The notes below the pieces were generated by a model, which saw only the letters and a list, made by a program, of their open reading frames with translations, searched no databases and had not been told where the DNA came from. Shown piece by piece: positions 63,908 through 64,000 of a stretch of DNA of 64,000 bases (positions are counted from its first letter, which is position 1; every line of letters begins with the position of its first letter). The translations under genes and the position numbers were made by a program. The stretch comes from an uncultured Acidobacteriaceae bacterium (lineage in GTDB: Bacteria > Acidobacteriota > Terriglobia > Terriglobales > Acidobacteriaceae), in NCBI GenBank assembly GCA_963798925.1, contig CAWCVD010000007.1:318805-382804 (forward strand), in the 5' to 3' direction.

Positions 63908-64000
63908 GGCATCCTTCTCTGCGATGAATCTTTGCAACGCAGGGGCCCAATTGCGGGAGGAATGCGGAGAAGGATAGCACCGTTAGCAGTGCGCCGCAAT

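Overview
High-GC chromosomal segment that looks like an Acidobacteriota (Terriglobia-type) genome. This is an inference from two PadR + 'acidobacterial duplicated orphan permease' (ADOP) pairs, a PEP-CTERM protein, a BlaI/BlaR1-TonB pair and many secreted peptidases. About 65 protein genes; no rRNA, tRNA, CRISPR or recognisable transposase/integrase. Gene content by region: 0-7.5 kb holds a stress/detox set (SDR, decayed dienelactone hydrolase, DyP peroxidase, ArsR-SRPBCC-DoxX operon, VOC, DUF1801, acyl desaturase). 8-10.6 kb holds an OmpR-type two-component system. 11-17 kb holds gpmI and recR-ybaB-dnaX plus a SET-domain gene. 17-31 kb holds TPR proteins, BlaI/BlaR1, PadR-ADOP pair 1, PspC, lysA, yebC and glutamate formimidoyltransferase. 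32-34.5 kb is a compositionally odd islet with a PEP-CTERM protein and an orphan type III PKS. 34.5-40 kb holds three secreted peptidases (S9, M20, M14). 40.3-43.3 kb holds PadR-ADOP pair 2, which is frameshifted. 43.7-52.1 kb holds cheX-cheY and flgF-G-A-H-I-J / flgM-N-K-L. 53-64 kb holds rpsO-pnp, hydrolases, membrane proteins and two unusual secreted proteins. Main non-standard signals: (1) the motility module is bracketed by ~260-290 bp imperfect inverted repeats, and part of that repeat recurs upstream of yebC; (2) the top strand switches from strongly C-rich to strongly G-rich across 32-53 kb, independent of gene orientation; (3) five genes have interrupted reading frames; (4) REP-like hairpin repeats and a 19-nt tandem array; (5) near-identical promoter/leader sequences in front of two peptidase genes; (6) recognisable sigma-28 and possible sigma-54 flagellar promoters and several palindromic operator candidates. 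I did not recognise a clear new multi-gene system. All calls come from reading motifs by eye; no database search was run.
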